Shown piece after piece: positions 60,720-64,000 of a stretch of 64,000 nt of DNA. Numbering within the stretch: the stretch's first letter is position 1; each line of letters opens with the position of its first letter. Location of the stretch: contig DVOH01000016.1 in NCBI GenBank assembly GCA_018713745.1, positions 15,604-79,603 on the forward strand. Reading direction: 5' to 3'. Under the pieces are notes generated by a model. It worked only from the letters and a program-made list of their open reading frames with translations, did not search any database and had not been told where the DNA came from. The translations under genes and the position numbers were made by a program. Origin of the DNA: Candidatus Stercoripulliclostridium merdipullorum. Lineage in GTDB: Bacteria > Bacillota > Clostridia > Christensenellales > DTU072.

Positions 60720-62099
60720 TTATTTGTTTTGCGGAATGTCGAGAATGCTTGCAAAACCTTGCTCCAAATCTTCGTCGGTCGGGATATAGTCGGACATTTT
60801 TTTGTCGTTGAAGGCTTTGTATGCCGTCATATCGAAGTATCCCGTTCCGGTCAGACCGAAGAGAATCACTTTCTTTTCGCCGCTTTCCTTGCACTTCAGG
60901 GCTTCGTCGATTGCGACGCGGATGGCGTGCGAAGATTCGGGCGCGGGCAAGATGCCTTCGGTACGCGCAAAGGTTTCGGCGGCGGCAAAGACGGAGGTCT
61001 GTTCGACCGCGCGCGCTTCGAGATAGCCGTCGTGATAGAGTTTGCTGATGATCGGGCTCATGCCGTGATAGCGCAGTCCGCCCGCATGGTTGGCGCTGGG
61101 CATAAAGCCGCATCCCAGCGTATACATCCGGATCAGCGGGGTCGTGCGTCCCGTGTCGCCGAAGTCGTAAACGTATTTTCCGCGGGTCAGCGAGGGACAG
61201 GAGGCGGGTTCGACGGCAATGAAACGGATGTTGTTTTTGCCTTTGATCCGTTCGCCCATAAACGGCGCGATCAGACCTGCAAGGTTGCTGCCGCCTCCCG
61301 CGCAGCCGATGACGATGTCGGGGGCGATGCCGTACTTGTCCATGGCGATTTTGGACTCCAGCCCGATCACCGATTGGTGCAAGGCAACGTGGTCGAGGAC
61401 GCTGCCGAGGACATATCTGCAATTCGGGGTACCCAAAGCGACTTCAATCGCTTCCGAAATCGCACATCCGAGGGAGCCGCCCGTGTCGGGATGTTCGGCA
61501 AGAATCTTGCGTCCCGCCTCGGTGGTCGTCGAAGGCGAGGGGATGACTTTTGCCCCGTAAGTGCGCATGACTTCTTTGCGGTGGGGTTTTTGCTCGGAGC
61601 TGACTTTGACCATGTATACGCTGAGATCCAGTCCGTAAAACGCGCATGCCATGCTCAGTGCAGTTCCCCATTGTCCGGCGCCCGTTTCGGTCGTCAGCGA
61701 GGTCAGCCCTTCTTTTTTGGCGTAATACGCTTGCGCGACGGCGGAGTTGAGTTTGTGCGAACCCGACGTGTTGTTGCCTTCAAATTTATAGTAGATTTCG
61801 GCAGGGGTTCCGAGTGCCTTCTCGAGGAAGTACGCCCGCACCAACGGAGAGGGGCGGTACATCTCGTAAAATTCGCGGATGCCTTCGGGGATTTCGATAT
61901 AGGGATTGGTCTGGTTCAGTTCCTGTTTGACCAGTTCTTTGCAAAAGACGGGATACAGATCTTCCGCCGTGCAGGGCTTGAGCGTCGCCGGATGGAGGAA
62001 GGGATCGTGTTTTTCCTTCATGTCGGCGCGCAGATTGTACCAATAACGCGGCATTTCCTCTTCGTTCAGGTAGATTTTGGTCGGTATTTTTTTATTCAT
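60720..62099 (-). CDS. trpB: Tryptophan synthase beta chain, TrpB2 (long, stand-alone type)
   Basis: 459-aa ORF. N-terminal extension (PRYWYNLRADM...), PLP-lysine motif GSHKLN, TETGAGQWG, GGGSN. No trpA is adjacent. Confidence 0.85.
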   Translation of the reverse strand: MNKKIPTKIYLNEEEMPRYWYNLRADMKEKHDPFLHPATLKPCTAEDLYPVFCKELVKQELNQTNPYIEIPEGIREFYEMYRPSPLVRAYFLEKALGTPAEIYYKFEGNNTSGSHKLNSAVAQAYYAKKEGLTSLTTETGAGQWGTALSMACAFYGLDLSVYMVKVSSEQKPHRKEVMRTYGAKVIPSPSTTTEAGRKILAEHPDTGGSLGCAISEAIEVALGTPNCRYVLGSVLDHVALHQSVIGLESKIAMDKYGIAPDIVIGCAGGGSNLAGLIAPFMGERIKGKNNIRFIAVEPASCPSLTRGKYVYDFGDTGRTTPLIRMYTLGCGFMPSANHAGGLRYHGMSPIISKLYHDGYLEARAVEQTSVFAAAETFARTEGILPAPESSHAIRVAIDEALKCKESGEKKVILFGLTGTGYFDMTAYKAFNDKKMSDYIPTDEDLEQGFASILDIPQNK

Positions 62100-62225
62100 A
62101 GCAGATACTCCTTTTTAAATTTATCAAAACGGTCGGCAGGCAGAATCGCCCGGGGGGGGATGCGGGTTTTCTCTTTCGCCATCGGAACTGATCTCGTGCC
62201 GTTTTCATTGCCGTTCTCCTTTTTG

Positions 62226-62486
62226 ATAAATAAAAACACGGTAAACCTCGCTTGGGACGATATTTACCGTGTTGCCACCCAATTTCACAGCTTGCGCTGC
62301 CTCGTTTGTAAGCACTATTATGCTCTGTTCCGTTACGCCGAACTCACGTCGAAAACTACTGGTTGCCGTTCGCCTTCGCCCTCAACAGTCCATTCGCCCG
62401 ACCCGTCTTACTCCGTCACACCAACCCGAAGCTCTCTGAAAATCCGATTGTCGAGGTACTACTCTGTCTCAACGGTTTATTCAATT
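62226..62486 (-). promoter_or_regulatory. T-box leader RNA, specifier codon UGG (Trp), with terminator
   Basis: Read on the minus strand. AGAGAG bulge and GGUUGGUG distal motif. Specifier loop GAA-UGG-A (UGG = 62392-62390). T-box sequence AAUUGGGUGGCAACACGG (about 62284-62267). Terminator ACACGGUAAA / UUUACCGUGU (62272-62263 / 62245-62236) plus a U-run. Confidence 0.8.
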
Positions 62487-62492
62487 TTTTTC

Positions 62493-62521
62493 ATCATAGC
62501 ACCCGCGGGGCGGCTTGTCAA
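62493..62521 (-). promoter_or_regulatory. Sigma-A type promoter of the T-box/trpB2 unit
   Basis: Minus strand TTGACA (62521-62516), 17 nt, TATGAT (62498-62493). Confidence 0.55.
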
Positions 62522-62631
62522 CGCATTTCACAAAATTCGCCCGAAGAAAGATGCAAAATCGCCGACCGAATCTTATGCAGGCGCTTGACTTTAGTGGACT
62601 AATGTGATAAAGTAAACCCCGAGGTGAAAGT

Positions 62632-63741
62632 ATGGATTTTTCGATTGCTACCTTAAAACTCGAAGAGCGTCTTCCGCTCGAGTTGCGCGCGTTGTACGAG
62701 CGGTACGGCTACCGCAAGTATCGGATGAGCCAATTTGAAGAGTACGGACTGTATCTCGAAAACAAACGGTTTCTCGAAAGCGAAAAGCTGATCACGTTTC
62801 ACGATTCGGCGGGTCGTCTGCTTGCGCTGAAGCCCGACGTAACGCTGTCGATCGTCAAAAACACGCGCGGCAGTCGCAAGGCGGCGGAGAAGCTGTATTA
62901 TATCGAAAACGTGTTCCGCTATGCGCCCACGACCAAAGAATACAAAGAAATCGCGCAGGTGGGGTTGGAACTGATCGGAACGGTCGGGACTTACGAAGCG
63001 GCGGAAGCCGTGACGCTTGCGGCAAAGAGTCTTGCCGCGATCGATCCCGACTATGTCATCGACCTTTCGCACATCGGGATTCTCGGCGAATTGATGGGGG
63101 GACTGAACGCCCCCGAGCAGGTCAAAAAATCCTTGCTGAAAGCCATCCGTCAAAAAAATCTGCACGATCTTGCCCGGCTTGCCGAGGAAGGGGGGATCGA
63201 TCGCGCTTTTGTCGACAGCGTAACGGCGTTGACGGCGGTGCAGGGCGATCTGGCGGCGGCAATCTCTGCCGCGCGCAAGGTCTGTCCCGCGGCAAAGGAA
63301 GCGCTGGACGAGCTGGAAGCGATCTGTGCCATTCTCGAAGCCGAAGGGTTAGCGGACAAAATCCGGGCGGACTTTTCGATCGTCAACGATATCGAATACT
63401 ATGACGGCGTGATTTTTCAAGGATACGTCGGCAAGGTGCCGCACGTTGTCGCGGCAGGGGGATGCTACGGCAAGCTGCTGCAAAAGTTCGGCAAAGATAC
63501 CGACGCCGTCGGATTTGCCGTTTATCTGGACGGACTGTCGCGCTACTATCCCACGTCGGCGTTTTCGGTCGACGCCGTCGTCGTTTACGAGGGCGACCCT
63601 GCGGCGGCGCTTGCCTTTGCCGATCGTCTGCGCGCCCAAGGCAAAACGGTCTGGATGGGCAGTACGCCTCCTGTAGAACTTCGGTTTAAGACCATGTACC
63701 GCGTCGGCGCTACGGGAACGGAGGAGGTCACCAATGCTTAA
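62632..63741 (+). CDS. hisZ: ATP phosphoribosyltransferase regulatory subunit
   Basis: 369-aa ORF with the HisRS-like class II core lacking an anticodon domain (LRALYERYGYRKYRMSQFEEY..., LKPDVTLS, YYDGVIFQGY). Followed by short-form hisG. Confidence 0.85.
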   Translation: MDFSIATLKLEERLPLELRALYERYGYRKYRMSQFEEYGLYLENKRFLESEKLITFHDSAGRLLALKPDVTLSIVKNTRGSRKAAEKLYYIENVFRYAPTTKEYKEIAQVGLELIGTVGTYEAAEAVTLAAKSLAAIDPDYVIDLSHIGILGELMGGLNAPEQVKKSLLKAIRQKNLHDLARLAEEGGIDRAFVDSVTALTAVQGDLAAAISAARKVCPAAKEALDELEAICAILEAEGLADKIRADFSIVNDIEYYDGVIFQGYVGKVPHVVAAGGCYGKLLQKFGKDTDAVGFAVYLDGLSRYYPTSAFSVDAVVVYEGDPAAALAFADRLRAQGKTVWMGSTPPVELRFKTMYRVGATGTEEVTNA

Positions 63742-64000
63742 TATCGCATTGCCCAAGGGACGCCTGGGCGACAAGGTTTACAAAATTTTGGCAAGTATCG
63801 GTTACGATTGCGCGGCGATGGAAGAGGACAACCGCAAATTGCTGTTTGAAAACGAAGCGCGCGGCGTGCGGTATTTTCTGGTTAAGCCCAGCGACGTCCA
63901 CGTTTACGTCGAGCAGGGCGCGGCGGACGTCGGCGTCGTCGGCAAAGATATTTTGCTCGAATACGAGCCCGACATTTACGAACTGATGGACCTCGGATTC
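63734..64000 (+). CDS. hisG: ATP phosphoribosyltransferase, short form (5' part; runs off window)
   Basis: MLNIALPKGRLGDKVYKILASIGYDCAAMEEDNRKLLFENEARGVRYFLVKPSDVHVYVEQGAADVGVVGKDIL... The ATG overlaps the hisZ stop (ATGCTTAA). The start coordinate may be off by 1 nt: my manual count and the ORF-track end of hisZ differ by one. Confidence 0.85.
   Translation, partial: MLNIALPKGRLGDKVYKILASIGYDCAAMEEDNRKLLFENEARGVRYFLVKPSDVHVYVEQGAADVGVVGKDILLEYEPDIYELMDLGF

Noticed and set aside
63715-63745. Apparent 1-nt discrepancy at the hisZ/hisG junction, which could indicate a frameshift
   Set aside because: My manual character count places the TAA one position later than the ORF-track end of hisZ. 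The ORF track, computed on the same sequence, reads through cleanly to ...GTEEVTNA*. I attribute the difference to my own counting and do not claim a frameshift. The hisG start coordinate carries a plus or minus 1 nt uncertainty.

Overview
This is a 64 kb chromosomal segment that looks like a high-GC, spore-forming Firmicute (Clostridia-like). That guess rests on spoIIR-sleB-ypeB, a T-box leader, glnA with an ANTAR regulator, and a type III glutamine synthetase. I ran no database search. All calls come from reading the ORF translations and the DNA by eye.

The window is densely coding and mostly housekeeping. Gene order:
- feoAB iron uptake (-).
- DUF896 and yhbY (+).
- A long minus-strand block: fused double-DUF1538 membrane protein, two P-II-like proteins, a beta-propeller protein, an HD hydrolase and a membrane protein.
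- glnA plus an ANTAR regulator (-), divergent from glnN (+).
- A 3036-aa repeat-rich surface protein (+).
- A U32 gene, then a complete shikimate/Phe/Tyr operon (aroF-tyrA-aroB-aroA-aroC-pheA-aroE::aroK-aroQ), a second U32 gene and a 726-aa HD/RyR-like/SLOG-like protein.
- The purECFMNHDL operon.
- A lipase and sugar genes (GH4, PfkB kinase, GH2-like).
- A parvulin-like lipoprotein, then spoIIR-sleB-ypeB.
- A lipoprotein, then the DUF2804-MFS gene pair (MFS downstream).
- T-box(Trp)-trpB2.
- hisZ-hisG.

I saw no rRNA, tRNA, CRISPR array, transposase, integrase or prophage remnant.

The most interesting signals:
1. A 22-codon Phe/Tyr-rich leader ORF with an overlapping antiterminator/terminator ahead of the aro operon.
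2. The single-chain HD/RyR/SLOG-like protein.
3. The DUF1538 plus P-II-like block next to the glutamine synthetase genes.
4. A terminator/antiterminator with an ANTAR-style hexaloop in the glnN leader.
5. U32 genes bracketing the prephenate pathway.
6. Several promoter-to-ATG arrangements that suggest leaderless mRNAs.

The many long ORFs antisense to these genes are treated as high-GC artefacts.
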